The notes: generated by a model from the letters alone, not told the origin. A DNA stretch of 64,000 nucleotides from Elusimicrobiota bacterium (GCA_003140895.1 PLLH01000118.1:11494-75493), one strand, 5' to 3'. Shown: positions 16,546 to 27,566, numbered from the stretch's first letter. Translations and numbers: made by a program.

Positions 16546-19500
16546 TTACGTGTTCGGCAGTTCTCCCAATTCCTTGAGCGCTTCTTTCAGGTCGGCGTCG
16601 TGTTTGTGGCTTTCAAACCGGGCGAGAAGACTATAGACGCACGGAACGACGAGAAGAGTGAGAAGGGTTGAAACCAGAACGCCTCCAATAACCACGAGGG
16701 CCATGGGGACGCGCGTTTCGCCTCCCGGCCCCATCCCAATCACCGGCGGAATGGCCGCCGCGATGGTCGAAACGGACGTCATGAGAATGGGTCTCAAACG
16801 AATCGGACAGGCTTCCATGAGGGCTTCCCGCAAGGGCTGACCTTTCTTGCGCCGTTCGTTTGTGAAATCCACCAGCATGATGGAATTTTTCTTAACGATA
16901 CCCATGAGCAGAATCATGCCGATAAAACTGTAGAGGTTGATGGATTTATGCCCCAGCCAGAGGGCGATAAAAGCGCCCGTAATGCTGAACGGAAGCGCCA
17001 AAAGAACCGTGAAGGGATGCGTGAAGCTGTTGAATTGCGATCCCAAGACCATATAGGCCACGAGGATTCCCAGCGCGAGGGCCAAGAAAAGGCTCGTGAA
17101 GGAGTCTTTAAAGGTTTGCGCGCTTCCGGAAATAACCAGCCGGTACCCTTCGGGGAGGATTTCTTTTCCCATTTTTTGAACGGCGTCGATGGCTTCCGCC
17201 TGGGATTTTCCCTGAGCCACGTTGGCGAAAACGCCGATGGCCCTCTCGCGGTTGCGACGAGAAATCGAGAGAAGCGTCGGTTTCTCCGAGATGCCGACCA
17301 CCTCCGATAGCCGGATCACTTCGCCGCGGTTATTCCGAACCCAAATCTTATTGATGTCGCTGGACTTTTGGCGGAACTGTTCGGCAAAACGGACGCGGAT
17401 GTCATAGCGCTTACCGCCTCTCGTGAATTTCCCCACGCGAATGCCTCCGATGGACGCGTTGATCGCGTTGGCGATGGCCTGAATGCTCACGCCCCGTTCC
17501 GCCGCTTTCTGCCGGTTTGGGACCACTTTGACCTCCGGCATGCCCAATTGGTAATCCGTATCCACGTCCACCATGAGGCCGGAAGCGTTCATCTTGTCCA
17601 TGATTTGCTGGCTGAAACCGGCCATCTTGTCCCAGTCGCTTCCGCGAATCGTGAATTCAATCGGGAATCCGCGTTGAGAGGTAAACCCGGCCAGAGACAA
17701 ATCTTGAGTCACAGCCCGGAAGAGGCCCGGGATTTGTTTCAGGTCTTTCCGCGCTTGATTCATGAAATCCTGCTGGCTGAATCTCTTTTTAGCGCCGGGG
17801 CGAAGAGGCCGGTCTCCGGGTTCTTTGAGAGTCACGAAAACAAAACCTTGGTTAACGACGGCGCCTCCCATCCCCCCCACCGATCCAAAATAACGCATCA
17901 CTTCCGGCTGCGCGGTGAGGTAAGCCTCCACCTTCTTAAAAACATCGTCGGTGAATTCAATGGAGGAACCCACGGGCGTTTGAATTCGCAACATCAGAAT
18001 GCTTTGGTCTTGCGACGGGACAAATTCTTTTTTGAGAGGGATCCAAAGCGATAGGGAAGCGATGAACATCAAAACGGAGATTCCGATCACTTTCCACCGG
18101 TTGTCCAAGCATAGGTTCAAAATGCGGCGATACGTATTCGCCAGCCCCTTCATCCAGTGGTCCATTTGTTTCCCGATCCAGGTGGTATGGCCTGTCTCAA
18201 GGAATTGCGAGGTTCGCATGGGCGTCAGTGTGAGCGCTTCAAAAAGGGAGAGCATCACAGCGACGGAAATCGTCACTCCGTATTGAAAGAAGTATTTTCC
18301 GACAATCCCGCTCATGAACACGACGGGGATAAAAACAGCCAGGATGGCGATGGACGCCGCCATCGCGGCGAAGGTGATTTCTCTCGCACCCACCAGCGCC
18401 GCGTGAACCCGGCGCGCGCCTTCTTCTTTGTGCCGCACGATGTTTTCCAACACCATAATGGCGTCGTCCACGACGATTCCGATCACGAGCGTCAGCCCCA
18501 AAAGCGTGAAGGTGTTGAGAGTGAATCCGAGAAAATAGAGAACGATAAAGGTTCCCAGAATGGACGTGGGAATGGCCAGAATAATATTGAAGGCGGAACT
18601 AAAGGACCCCAGGAAAAGCCAACAGACGATCGACGTGAGGATGGCCGAGAGAATCAAATTGAAATTAAGTTCATGCGTGGAATCTTTGATGAATTTGGTG
18701 CTGTCGAAATTGACGTCCAGATGAATACCGTTTGGGAGATTCTTCTGAATTTGGGCGAGGCGCTCTTTGACGCGATTGGCGACGTCCACCGCGTTGGACC
18801 CGCGTTGTTTTTTGATGCCGATCCCGACGCCGGGAAGGCCGTTGGTCCGGGAAAACCGCCGGGCGTCCTCCAGCCCGTCTTCCACCTGCGCCACGTCTCC
18901 GATGTGAAATTTTTTCCAAATGGGTGAACCGCTCCGGCGCGGAATCACGAGAGTTCGGAATTCTTCGACGCTCGCGGCTTCGCCCATGACGCGGACGTTC
19001 AGTTCATTTCTCCCGGTATCGATCGTGCCGGCCGGGAGTTCCGCGTGTTCGGTGGAAATGGCCGATGTGACATCATCCACCGTGAGTTCATTTTTCTCCA
19101 TCTTGTCGGCGTCCAACCAGACGCGCAAGTTGGGTTCCAAATAGCCGCCCAGCGTGACTTCTCCCACGCCGGAGACGGTCGTGAACTGGTCTTTGACCAC
19201 GTCTTTTGTGTACTGCATGAGGTATTTCAAATCGCGGTTTCCGGAGAGGCCGAGCCACAGGATCGGTTGGTCTTCGGGGTTTGTCTTCGTCACAATCGGA
19301 GGATCGATGTCTTTGGGGAGGTTGCGCTGGGCCTGGGCGATTTTGGTTTGAATTTCCTGAAGCGCCGCGTCAATATCCCGGCTCAGTTCAAATTCAACGG
19401 AAATGGAGGTTTGCCCCTGGCGTGAGATCGATGAAATTTCTTTGACGCCCTGGACCTGGATCACGGCGTCTTCAATGGTGTCCGTCACTTCGGTTTCCAT

Positions 19501-19674
19501 TACTTCCGGAGACGCCCCTTCCCATGTGACCTGAACCGAGATGACGGGAAAGTCCACGTCGGGGAGCTGGCTGATGCCGAGGCGCGTAAAGCTCAACCAG
19601 CCGAAAAACATGAGCCCGAACATGAGCATCCAGGCGAAAACGGGATTTTTTATGGAGACGTCAGAGAGTGTCAC
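16546..19674 (-). CDS. RND efflux transporter permease (AcrB/HAE1 family).
   Basis: 1042 aa. N-terminus MTLSDVSIKNPVFAWMLMFGLMFFG is the typical AcrB opening. Two large periplasmic loops and 12 TM helices are evident. Start overlaps the OMF stop by 4 nt. Confidence 0.9.
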   Translation of the reverse strand: MTLSDVSIKNPVFAWMLMFGLMFFGWLSFTRLGISQLPDVDFPVISVQVTWEGASPEVMETEVTDTIEDAVIQVQGVKEISSISRQGQTSISVEFELSRDIDAALQEIQTKIAQAQRNLPKDIDPPIVTKTNPEDQPILWLGLSGNRDLKYLMQYTKDVVKDQFTTVSGVGEVTLGGYLEPNLRVWLDADKMEKNELTVDDVTSAISTEHAELPAGTIDTGRNELNVRVMGEAASVEEFRTLVIPRRSGSPIWKKFHIGDVAQVEDGLEDARRFSRTNGLPGVGIGIKKQRGSNAVDVANRVKERLAQIQKNLPNGIHLDVNFDSTKFIKDSTHELNFNLILSAILTSIVCWLFLGSFSSAFNIILAIPTSILGTFIVLYFLGFTLNTFTLLGLTLVIGIVVDDAIMVLENIVRHKEEGARRVHAALVGAREITFAAMAASIAILAVFIPVVFMSGIVGKYFFQYGVTISVAVMLSLFEALTLTPMRTSQFLETGHTTWIGKQMDHWMKGLANTYRRILNLCLDNRWKVIGISVLMFIASLSLWIPLKKEFVPSQDQSILMLRIQTPVGSSIEFTDDVFKKVEAYLTAQPEVMRYFGSVGGMGGAVVNQGFVFVTLKEPGDRPLRPGAKKRFSQQDFMNQARKDLKQIPGLFRAVTQDLSLAGFTSQRGFPIEFTIRGSDWDKMAGFSQQIMDKMNASGLMVDVDTDYQLGMPEVKVVPNRQKAAERGVSIQAIANAINASIGGIRVGKFTRGGKRYDIRVRFAEQFRQKSSDINKIWVRNNRGEVIRLSEVVGISEKPTLLSISRRNRERAIGVFANVAQGKSQAEAIDAVQKMGKEILPEGYRLVISGSAQTFKDSFTSLFLALALGILVAYMVLGSQFNSFTHPFTVLLALPFSITGAFIALWLGHKSINLYSFIGMILLMGIVKKNSIMLVDFTNERRKKGQPLREALMEACPIRLRPILMTSVSTIAAAIPPVIGMGPGGETRVPMALVVIGGVLVSTLLTLLVVPCVYSLLARFESHKHDADLKEALKELGELPNT

Positions 19675-21005
19675 GGGATATCTTCCACTGTGATGCGCAG
19701 ATTAATTTCATTGAGTTTAGTTCCCACCTGGATCCCGTCCCACTGTTGTTTGGTTTGCTCCATCGTGTTTAAGGCAGACAAGACTTCCAGATTGTTCACG
19801 AGTCCAAGGCGGTATTCTTTAACCTGGATCTCATAACTTTTCTTCGCTTTCAAATAGGCGTCGTGAAGAAAATCCGATTGCCGGAGTGAGGATTCGAGCG
19901 TGAGATGGACGCTCTTGACATCTGATTTGATTTGCCGCGTTAGCCGTTCCACATCCAACCGGGCCTGTTCATAAATGGAACGGGCTTCTTTGACGTTCGC
20001 GTTCACCAATCCCCCTGAAAAAAGAGGAAGGTTGATATTAAAGAGAAGATCCCATTTGATGGGTTCTAACGATCCGTCTCTCGTTGTGTAATAATTTCCA
20101 ATGACGTCGGCGGCCGGCCAATGATCGCTTTGCGCGATGCGAATGGCGTACCTTTGCGCGTCCATTTCTTCTTTTACGGCCATCAAATCAGATCTCTCCA
20201 ACGCTTTTTTGACGGCGTCGTCGAGAGAGAGAAGGGAGGTGGGGCTGTCCAAATCAGATTGGAGCGGCGTGTCGCCGATTTCTTTCCCCGTCAAAAAGGA
20301 GAGGAGATTTCGGGCGATCGCGATGGCGCTTAAATCGCTTTCCCTATTGGAAAGAAGAGAGGAAAGTTGTGAATCGGCGCTGAGCAATTCGCTTTCACGG
20401 GATTTTCCCAGATTGATCCGCTGTTTCAATTCCGCAATTCGTTCCTGGGTGAGTTGAATAAAGGATTCCACGTCTTTGAGATCGATTTCCAATCGAACAA
20501 TGAGGAAATACGTTTGCGCTACATCCTGATAAAGGAGAAGAGAGGCTCGTTTATAAAGTTGTTTTGATTTTTCCGTTTCGAATTTGGAGCCTTTCATCGC
20601 GGCAAATTCTTTGAACCCTCGAAAGAGAGGTTGGCTTGCCGTGAACTTGGATAAGGTCGTTTCTCGCCGGGCGTTGGCGGGGTTGTTGTGTGTGTCGACG
20701 TCCTGGATCAGGCTCGATACGTTGAATTTCAGATTGGGAAGAATGGTGCTGAGGGCTTGGTTGTACCGTGTTTCGGCTTGAAGAATGTTTTGAGCGCTAC
20801 TTTTTAGAGTTTCGCTCTGCGCCAACGCCAGTTCGTAACACGCCTTCAGCGTGAACGCTTTCAGCGTGAGCGCTTTAAGCGTGAGCGGGGCGGCAGGCGA
20901 ATTCTGAGACGGTTGGGAGGCGTCTCCGGTGGAGTCGGTTGGAAGAAGAGCGACGAGGCTCAAGACGGCCATAAACAAGAGCGGCCGACCCCATTTGTGT
21001 TTCAC
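19671..21005 (-). CDS. Outer membrane efflux protein (TolC-like OMF).
   Basis: 444 aa with a signal peptide and the coiled-coil/beta repeat pattern of OMF proteins. GTG start at 21005 overlaps the carB stop by 1 nt. Confidence 0.8.
   Translation of the reverse strand: MKHKWGRPLLFMAVLSLVALLPTDSTGDASQPSQNSPAAPLTLKALTLKAFTLKACYELALAQSETLKSSAQNILQAETRYNQALSTILPNLKFNVSSLIQDVDTHNNPANARRETTLSKFTASQPLFRGFKEFAAMKGSKFETEKSKQLYKRASLLLYQDVAQTYFLIVRLEIDLKDVESFIQLTQERIAELKQRINLGKSRESELLSADSQLSSLLSNRESDLSAIAIARNLLSFLTGKEIGDTPLQSDLDSPTSLLSLDDAVKKALERSDLMAVKEEMDAQRYAIRIAQSDHWPAADVIGNYYTTRDGSLEPIKWDLLFNINLPLFSGGLVNANVKEARSIYEQARLDVERLTRQIKSDVKSVHLTLESSLRQSDFLHDAYLKAKKSYEIQVKEYRLGLVNNLEVLSALNTMEQTKQQWDGIQVGTKLNEINLRITVEDIP
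20841..20885 (-). repeat. In-frame 15-bp x 3 tandem repeat inside the OMF gene. It encodes TLKAL/TLKAF/TLKAC just after the signal peptide.
   Basis: cgccttcagcgtgaa / cgctttcagcgtgag / cgctttaagcgtgag. Confidence 0.85.
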
Positions 21006-24000
21006 TATGATTTCCTTAAGGGTGACACGTTCTTAGACGTCGTGGTCTTCGAATTTGTGTTACCAGAATCCGATGAATCCAGAAGCCGGTAGTAATCCTG
21101 AAGAGAACGAATGGTCCACGCCGTTTTCTGCAGGGAATCAATGGCGGTCGTGGCGGCTTCGGCGGCGGCCAGCGTTGTGATAATGGGGAGCCCCGCGGCC
21201 AAAGCGGCGTTACGAATGGCAAATCCATCCGACCTTGAATGCGCGGCGGAGGGCGTGTTGATCACGAGGGTCACTTCGCGGTTTGTGATGATGTCCACGA
21301 CATTGGGCCGGCCTTCGGCGATTTTCCGTACGGTTTCAACCGGGATATTGGCTTCTTTGAAAGCGGCGGCGGTCCCTTCGGTGGCAATGAGCGTGAACCC
21401 GAGTTTGGTCAGGCGTTCGGCGATCCCGATGGCTTTGTGCCGCGTCGATTTTTCGAGGCTGATCAATACTTTCCCCTTGGTGGGAAGCGGAGACCCCGCG
21501 GCCGCTTGAGATTTGGCGTACGCCGATGGAAAACTATCCGCGATGCCCATCACTTCTCCGGTGGACCTCATTTCAGGTCCGAGGACGGCATCGACGCCGG
21601 GGAACCTTGTCCAAGGAAGAACCGCTTCCTTGATGGACGTCCATTGAGGCTTAAATCCTTTTTTGCGGACGTGCGCCGGGAGAACCTCGGACAGTTTTTT
21701 GCCCAACATCAGCTTCGCGGCCAGTTTCGCCAACGGGACTCCGGTCGCTTTCGAAACAAACGGGACCGTGCGGCTCGCGCGCGGGTTCACTTCCAAAATA
21801 TAAATGACGTTGTCTTTGATGGCCAACTGCATGTTCATGAGCCCTTTCACTTTGAGGGCTTTGGCCAGGGTTTTGGTGTAGTGCTCGATGGTGTCCATGG
21901 TTTCTTTGGAGAACCGCCGGGAGGGAAGAACGCAGGCGGAGTCGCCGGAATGAATTCCGGCGGCTTCGATGTGCTCCATGACGCCGCCGATGTAGGTTTC
22001 CGTTCCGTCGGACAAAGCGTCGACGTCCACTTCCATGGCGTTATCAAGAAATTTGTCGATCAAGACCGGATGATCCGGCGAAACTGTTGTGGCGCGGTTG
22101 ATGTAGGACTCCAGCATGTTTTCGTCGTAGGCCACCTCCATGGCGCGCCCCCCCAACACATACGAGGGGCGGAGCATGACGGGGTAGCCGATTTTATTGG
22201 CGACGTTGCGCGCTTCTTCAAAGGAACGGGCCACGCCGTGGGGCGGTTGGGGAATGCCCAGTTTGCTGAGGAGCTGGCCAAAACGGCCCCGGTCTTCGGC
22301 CAGGTCGATGGAATCGGGAGAGGTTCCGAGAATGTTGACGCCCGCCGCTTCGAGGGGAAGCGCCAGGTTCAGCGGCGTTTGCCCGCCGAATTGAACGATG
22401 ACCCCTTTCGGCCTTTCCTTTTCAATGACGTTCAACACGTCTTCCAGCGTGAGAGGCTCGAAATAGAGGTGGTCGGCGGTGTCGTAGTCCGTCGAGACGG
22501 TTTCCGGGTTGCAATTGACCATGATGGTTTCGTATCCGTCTTCCCGAAGCGCCAGGACGGCGTGCACGCAGCAGTAGTCAAATTCAATTCCTTGTCCGAT
22601 GCGGTTGGGCCCCCCTCCCAGAATCATGACCTTCGTTTTTTTCGACGGGCGGGTTTCGTCTTCTTCGCTGTAGGTGGAATAATAATACGGCGTGTAGGCT
22701 TCGAATTCGGCGGCGCAGGTGTCCACCAGATTGTACACCGGCAGAATTTTGAGTTTTTTCCGGAGGGCCCGCATACTCTTTTCCGTCTGGCCCAGAAGAT
22801 ACGCCAGCTGGATGTCGGAGTACCCGAGTTTTTTGGCCTCCAACAGAAGCTCCCCGCTGATGACGCCGGCCCCTTCCTTTTTGTTTTTGACGCTCTCAAG
22901 GAGAGATTCTTCAAAACGGGCGAGCTCGTTGATCTGAGCGATGAACCAGGGGTCTATTTTCGACAAATTGAAAATTTCCTCTTCGGAGACTCCCAACTGA
23001 AGAGCCCCCTTCACGGCGAAGAGCCGGTCTGAATTCGGGATTCGGATTTTTTCCCGGAGCGTGGTCAGGAGGCCGGAGTATTTTTGGCTCCAGGCTTCCT
23101 GGCTCAATTTCAGTTTTTCTTTCAGGGCCTGATCGAATAAAGGATTGATGGCTTTCCCGTCGGAGCCGAGCCCGGCTCGTCCAATTTCCAACCCTCGGAA
23201 GGCTTTCTGGAGAGCTTCTTTAAAGTTTCGTCCGAGCGCCATCACTTCGCCGACCGATTTCATTTGAGTCCCGAGTTGCTGGCTGCTGGCGGAGAATTTT
23301 TCAAAAGCGAACCGAGGCACTTTGACCACGGTGTAATCGATGGTCGGTTCAAAACAGGCCGGGGTTTTCTTCGTGATGTCGTTTGAAATCTCATCTAACC
23401 GGTAACCAATGGCCAGGAGCGCCGCCATTTTGGCGATGGGAAACCCGGTGGCTTTGGACGCCAGCGCGCTGGACCTCGAAACCCGTGGATTCATTTCGAT
23501 GATCACCATGCGGCCGTTTTTGGGATTGACGGCGAATTGAACGTTGGACCCGCCCGTCTCGACGCCGATCGCGCGAATGCAGGTAAAGGCGGCGTCCCTC
23601 ATCCGTTGATATTCGCGGTCTGTCAGCGTCATGGCCGGCGCCACGGTGATGGAATCGCCGGTGTGAACCCCCATGGGGTCGACGTTTTCAATGGAGCAGA
23701 TCACGATGCATTGGTCGGCGTGATCGCGCATGACTTCCAACTCAAATTCTTTCCATCCTTCGAGGGATTCCTCAATCAACACTTCGCTGATGGGGCTGAG
23801 CTGGAGCCCCCGTGAGGCGGCGCTCAAAAACTCATCCCGCGTATAAACCAGCGACGAACCGGACCCCCCCAACGTGAACGACGGGCGAATGATGAGAGGG
23901 AATCCGATCATCTGCGATATTTCTTCGGCTTCCGTCAGATTTTTGGCGAAACCGCTGCGAGGCAAATCCAAGCCGGCTTCTTCCATGGTTTTCTTAAACA

Positions 24001-24391
24001 GGCGCCGGTCTTCGGCTTTGTGGATGGCGTCCAATTTGGCGCCGATCATTTCCACGTTGTATTTTTCGAGGGTGCCTCGTTTGGCCACTTCCACTGAGAG
24101 ATTGAGCGCCGTTTGCCCCCCGAGCGTGGGGAGAAGCGCGTCCGGGCGTTCCTTTTCAATAATGGATTCAAGAACTTGAGGCGTGAGAGGCTCGATGTAG
24201 GTGCCGTCCGCCAGTTCCGGATCGGTCATGATCGTGGCCGGATTGGAGTTGATCAGAATCACGTTGTACCCTTCTTTCTTGAGGGCTTTCACGGCCTGGG
24301 TTCCGGAATAGTCGAATTCACAGGCTTGGCCGATCACAATCGGGCCAGAGCCGATAATCAACACTTTTTTGATGTCAGTTCGTTTGGGCAT
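21005..24391 (-). CDS. carB: Carbamoyl-phosphate synthase large subunit.
   Basis: 1128 aa. Two ATP-grasp halves ([33 protein letters not shown] ... second half [25 protein letters not shown]) and an MGS-like C-terminus. Confidence 0.95.
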   Translation of the reverse strand: MPKRTDIKKVLIIGSGPIVIGQACEFDYSGTQAVKALKKEGYNVILINSNPATIMTDPELADGTYIEPLTPQVLESIIEKERPDALLPTLGGQTALNLSVEVAKRGTLEKYNVEMIGAKLDAIHKAEDRRLFKKTMEEAGLDLPRSGFAKNLTEAEEISQMIGFPLIIRPSFTLGGSGSSLVYTRDEFLSAASRGLQLSPISEVLIEESLEGWKEFELEVMRDHADQCIVICSIENVDPMGVHTGDSITVAPAMTLTDREYQRMRDAAFTCIRAIGVETGGSNVQFAVNPKNGRMVIIEMNPRVSRSSALASKATGFPIAKMAALLAIGYRLDEISNDITKKTPACFEPTIDYTVVKVPRFAFEKFSASSQQLGTQMKSVGEVMALGRNFKEALQKAFRGLEIGRAGLGSDGKAINPLFDQALKEKLKLSQEAWSQKYSGLLTTLREKIRIPNSDRLFAVKGALQLGVSEEEIFNLSKIDPWFIAQINELARFEESLLESVKNKKEGAGVISGELLLEAKKLGYSDIQLAYLLGQTEKSMRALRKKLKILPVYNLVDTCAAEFEAYTPYYYSTYSEEDETRPSKKTKVMILGGGPNRIGQGIEFDYCCVHAVLALREDGYETIMVNCNPETVSTDYDTADHLYFEPLTLEDVLNVIEKERPKGVIVQFGGQTPLNLALPLEAAGVNILGTSPDSIDLAEDRGRFGQLLSKLGIPQPPHGVARSFEEARNVANKIGYPVMLRPSYVLGGRAMEVAYDENMLESYINRATTVSPDHPVLIDKFLDNAMEVDVDALSDGTETYIGGVMEHIEAAGIHSGDSACVLPSRRFSKETMDTIEHYTKTLAKALKVKGLMNMQLAIKDNVIYILEVNPRASRTVPFVSKATGVPLAKLAAKLMLGKKLSEVLPAHVRKKGFKPQWTSIKEAVLPWTRFPGVDAVLGPEMRSTGEVMGIADSFPSAYAKSQAAAGSPLPTKGKVLISLEKSTRHKAIGIAERLTKLGFTLIATEGTAAAFKEANIPVETVRKIAEGRPNVVDIITNREVTLVINTPSAAHSRSDGFAIRNAALAAGLPIITTLAAAEAATTAIDSLQKTAWTIRSLQDYYRLLDSSDSGNTNSKTTTSKNVSPLRKS

Positions 24392-24412
24392 AGGAGTTAA
24401 AAAGGTTTCCTT

Positions 24413-25678
24413 TTAGTTTGTTTTCGAGTCCATGAGTTTTAAAAATCGATCGAACAGATGCCGTGCGTCGTGCGGGCCGGCGGAGGCTTCGGGATGATAC
24501 TGAACGGAAAAGAGAGGCAAGTCCCGGTGCCGGAGTCCCGCGATGGAAAAGTCGTTTAGATTGACGTGCGTGCAAATGATTTCTTTGTTTCCTTTGAGCG
24601 CCCACGTGTCGTCCTTTTGTTTTTCTCCTTCGACGGCGAATCCGTGGTTCTGGGTCGTGATGTCCACGCGTCCGGTTTCCACGTCTTTGATGGGATGGTT
24701 GGCCCCGTGGTGGCCGAATTTGAGTTTGAAGGTTTTGCCGCCCAGCGCCAAGCCCAACATCTGATGGCCGAGGCAGATTCCAAAAATCGCGAACCCTTTT
24801 TCCCCCTTCTTTTGACGGGTGAGGTTGTAGTCGATCAAATCTTTGATGGTGCCGATGCCGGTCGTGACGGCGGCGGGATCGCCCGGGCCGTTTGAAATCA
24901 TGATGCCGTCGGGTTTCAAATTCAAAATCTCGGAGGCCGGTGTGTTTGCCGGAACGACCGTGACGTCGCAGTTCCGATCCACGAGACAACGGAGGATGTT
25001 TTGTTTCACGCCGAAATCCATCACCACGACTTTCCGGCGGGAATATTTCGTTGGCGTCGTATTTTTGCCGGAGTCGATCTTCTCCCTCCACTCTCCCGAC
25101 CCGTGAGTCCATTCGTACGGCTTATCCGCCGTCACAACGTGAGTCAAATCCTGGCCTTCCAGGCTTGGAATGGCCTTTGCCTTTTTGATGAGGGTTTTCA
25201 CATCTGTTCCGTCCGTTGAAATAAGACCGTTCACGGAGCCTAATTCTCGTAGGTGCTTCGTCAGGGCGCGCACGTCAACGCCGGTCATCCCCGCCACGCC
25301 CGCCTTGGATAAATAGGCGTCCAGCGTTTCGTTGGCCCTCCAATTAGAGGAGATGTTGCTCAGTTCTTGAACAACGAACCCGGAGAGAAAAATCCGGCGC
25401 GATTCCATGTCTTCAGGGTTGATTCCGTAATTTCCGATATGAGAGGCCGTCATGGCGACGATCTGCCCTTGATACGACGGATCCGTCAAAATTTCCTGAT
25501 ACCCGCTTAGCGAGGTGTTAAAAACCACTTCACCGGTTGCAGGCCGACTGTCTTTCTTTCCGCCAGGAATGGCACCGCCGGGAATGGCGCCGCCGGGAAT
25601 GGCGCCGAAGCTCCATCCGGTGAAGACGCGTCCGGTGGCTAAGACGAGAACCGCTTTGGCGCGTTTTACTGAAGCCAC
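24413..25678 (-). CDS. carA: Carbamoyl-phosphate synthase small subunit (glutamine amidotransferase).
   Basis: GEVVFNTSLSGYQEILTDPSYQGQIV and a class-I GATase C-terminus (GICLGHQ). Contains a 3x GAIPG insertion. Confidence 0.95.
   Translation of the reverse strand: MASVKRAKAVLVLATGRVFTGWSFGAIPGGAIPGGAIPGGKKDSRPATGEVVFNTSLSGYQEILTDPSYQGQIVAMTASHIGNYGINPEDMESRRIFLSGFVVQELSNISSNWRANETLDAYLSKAGVAGMTGVDVRALTKHLRELGSVNGLISTDGTDVKTLIKKAKAIPSLEGQDLTHVVTADKPYEWTHGSGEWREKIDSGKNTTPTKYSRRKVVVMDFGVKQNILRCLVDRNCDVTVVPANTPASEILNLKPDGIMISNGPGDPAAVTTGIGTIKDLIDYNLTRQKKGEKGFAIFGICLGHQMLGLALGGKTFKLKFGHHGANHPIKDVETGRVDITTQNHGFAVEGEKQKDDTWALKGNKEIICTHVNLNDFSIAGLRHRDLPLFSVQYHPEASAGPHDARHLFDRFLKLMDSKTN
25562..25606 (-). 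repeat. In-frame 15-bp x 3 tandem repeat inside carA. It encodes GAIPG x3 inserted in an N-terminal loop.
   Basis: ccaggaatggcaccg / ccgggaatggcgccg / ccgggaatggcgccg. Confidence 0.85.
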
Positions 25679-26961
25679 GGGAAGTCCTTATCAAGGATGA
25701 GGGTTTCTTCGCGGCTTTTTCCCATGGAAACCAAGGCGCATTTGGCGTCGACGGCTTTTTCGATTTCTTTCACGAATCGCCGGGCTTCCAACGGGAAGGC
25801 TGAGAAATCCTTCAGCTCTCGCAGATTGCCTTTGAATCCGCGGAAGTTTTTGTAAATCGGAACGCTATTCGCTTGCAGCGTCCGGCTGACGGGGAAGTTG
25901 CTCAGCGTTTTGCTCCCCACTTTATAACCGACGCAGATGCGGATGGGATCGAGCCCTTCCAAAACGTCCAATTTTGTCAGCGCGAAGCGTTTAATCCCAT
26001 TGATTCGGAAGGCGTGTTTGACGACCAATGCGTCAAACCAGCCGCACCGCCGACGCCGGCCGGTTGTGGCGCCGAACTCCTGTCCTTTGGATTGAAGATA
26101 GTTGCCTTCGGCGCTGTTCAACTCCGTCGGGAACGGGCCGTCTCCCACGCGCGTCGTGTAAGCTTTGATGACGCCCAAAACCTCATCGATGTAGCGGGGG
26201 CCCACTCCGGCGCCGGAACACGCTCCTCCCGCGATCGGGTTAGACGATGTGACGTACGGGTAGGTCCCGAAGTCCACATCCAACATCGTTCCCTGCGCGC
26301 TTTCGAAGAGCATGCGTTGATCTTTCTTGATGGCGTTACTGAGAAGAATTGTGGTGTCGGTGGCGAATTGCTCCATGAAATCCCGGAGTTCCCGGTAGTC
26401 CTTCATGATCTCCTGCCGAATTTGCTTGATGGGTTTCACTTGCGAGAGAAGCGGTTCTTTCTCCTTCAGATTTTGATCGAGCAGGGTTTGGAAGAGCTCC
26501 GGTTCCAGATAATCCGCGACGCGGATGCCGGTTCGTCCCACTTTGTCGGAATAGGCGGGGCCGATTCCTTTGCGGGTTGTTCCGATGGCGCCGGATTTGG
26601 AGGCGGTTTCCCGGAGCGTATCCAAGTATTTGTGATAGGGAAGGATCACATGGGCGGCCAGGGACACGTAGAGGCGTCCGCGCACCTTGATTTTTCGATT
26701 TTCAAAAAATTCCACCTCTTCTTTGAAGGCGGCCGGATCGATGACCAGGCCGTTTCCCAGGACGCATTTTTTCCCGGGTTCTAAAATACCGGACGGAAGT
26801 AAGTGAAGCACGAAGTGCTTTCCGTCGAAAACAACCGTATGGCCGGCGTTGTTTCCGCCCTGATATCGAACGATGTAATCCGAATTTTTTCCGATGAGAT
26901 GAACGATTTTCCCTTTTCCTTCATCTCCCCATTGCGCTCCGATGACGACTAAAGATGGCAT
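25666..26961 (-). CDS. purA: Adenylosuccinate synthetase.
   Basis: MPSLVVIGAQWGDEGKGKIVHLIG ... GNNAGHTV ... typical PurA motifs. 431 aa. Overlaps carA by 13 nt. Confidence 0.95.
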   Translation of the reverse strand: MPSLVVIGAQWGDEGKGKIVHLIGKNSDYIVRYQGGNNAGHTVVFDGKHFVLHLLPSGILEPGKKCVLGNGLVIDPAAFKEEVEFFENRKIKVRGRLYVSLAAHVILPYHKYLDTLRETASKSGAIGTTRKGIGPAYSDKVGRTGIRVADYLEPELFQTLLDQNLKEKEPLLSQVKPIKQIRQEIMKDYRELRDFMEQFATDTTILLSNAIKKDQRMLFESAQGTMLDVDFGTYPYVTSSNPIAGGACSGAGVGPRYIDEVLGVIKAYTTRVGDGPFPTELNSAEGNYLQSKGQEFGATTGRRRRCGWFDALVVKHAFRINGIKRFALTKLDVLEGLDPIRICVGYKVGSKTLSNFPVSRTLQANSVPIYKNFRGFKGNLRELKDFSAFPLEARRFVKEIEKAVDAKCALVSMGKSREETLILDKDFPWLQ

Positions 26962-27566
26962 TAGTTCATAACCCCCAATTTTTTTAAATCCTGCACGAGT
27001 TGTACATAATTTTGATAGTGAATTCCGTTCATCCCCACGGCATTGGCCGAATCGATGTTGGCGGAAAGATCGTCAATAAAAACCGTCTCGGACGGCTCGA
27101 CTCCGAATTTCGAAATTGCCATTTTATAAATCGCGGGGTCTGGTTTTCGGACCCCCACCTCATTCGAGAGCCACAGATGGTCGAAGACCTGCATGATCGG
27201 ATAGGTTTTGAGAAGATGCGCGACGTGAATCGCGTTGGTGTTGGAAATAAGGCCCAGTTTGCAGGTCTTTTTGATTTGAGTCACGAGAGTGGAAACGCGT
27301 TTGTCTTCGTCAAAAATGTCATTAAAAATGGGGACAAATTCATCCAACGTTAGGTTCGTGATATCGCATGATGTTTTGATGTGCGCGAAGAAATCCGCGG
27401 GGCTCACTTTTCCCATCTCGAAGTTCTCAATAATGTGGTGGTTCCAGAACGATTCTAAAATACGATCCGGAGTTTGCTTGCAATATCGGGTGAGGACATT
27501 GGCCATACGAAACCCATCCACCGGCAAGATGACGTTGCCGAGGTCGAAATAAACCGCTTTTATCAT
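26961..27566 (-). CDS. HAD-superfamily hydrolase.
   Basis: MIKAVYFDLGNVIL (DxG motif I) ... VFIDDLSANIDSANAVG (motif IV). 201 aa. 1-nt overlap with purA. Confidence 0.7.
   Translation of the reverse strand: MIKAVYFDLGNVILPVDGFRMANVLTRYCKQTPDRILESFWNHHIIENFEMGKVSPADFFAHIKTSCDITNLTLDEFVPIFNDIFDEDKRVSTLVTQIKKTCKLGLISNTNAIHVAHLLKTYPIMQVFDHLWLSNEVGVRKPDPAIYKMAISKFGVEPSETVFIDDLSANIDSANAVGMNGIHYQNYVQLVQDLKKLGVMN

Noticed and set aside
17368-18927. 228-aa and 256-aa plus-strand ORFs
   Set aside because: Antisense to the RND permease gene. His/Arg/Gly-rich junk translation with no RBS context.
21239-23032. 597-aa plus-strand ORF
   Set aside because: Entirely antisense to carB, which has unmistakable CPSase motifs. 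Its Gly/Arg/Phe-rich low-complexity translation is typical of a GC-rich antisense frame.
24375-25112. 245-aa minus-strand ORF in an alternative frame of carA
   Set aside because: Arg/His-rich out-of-frame overlap of carA. carA's own frame carries the conserved GATase motifs.
25873-26784. 303-aa plus-strand ORF
   Set aside because: Antisense to purA, which has canonical GDEGKGK / GNNAGHTV motifs.
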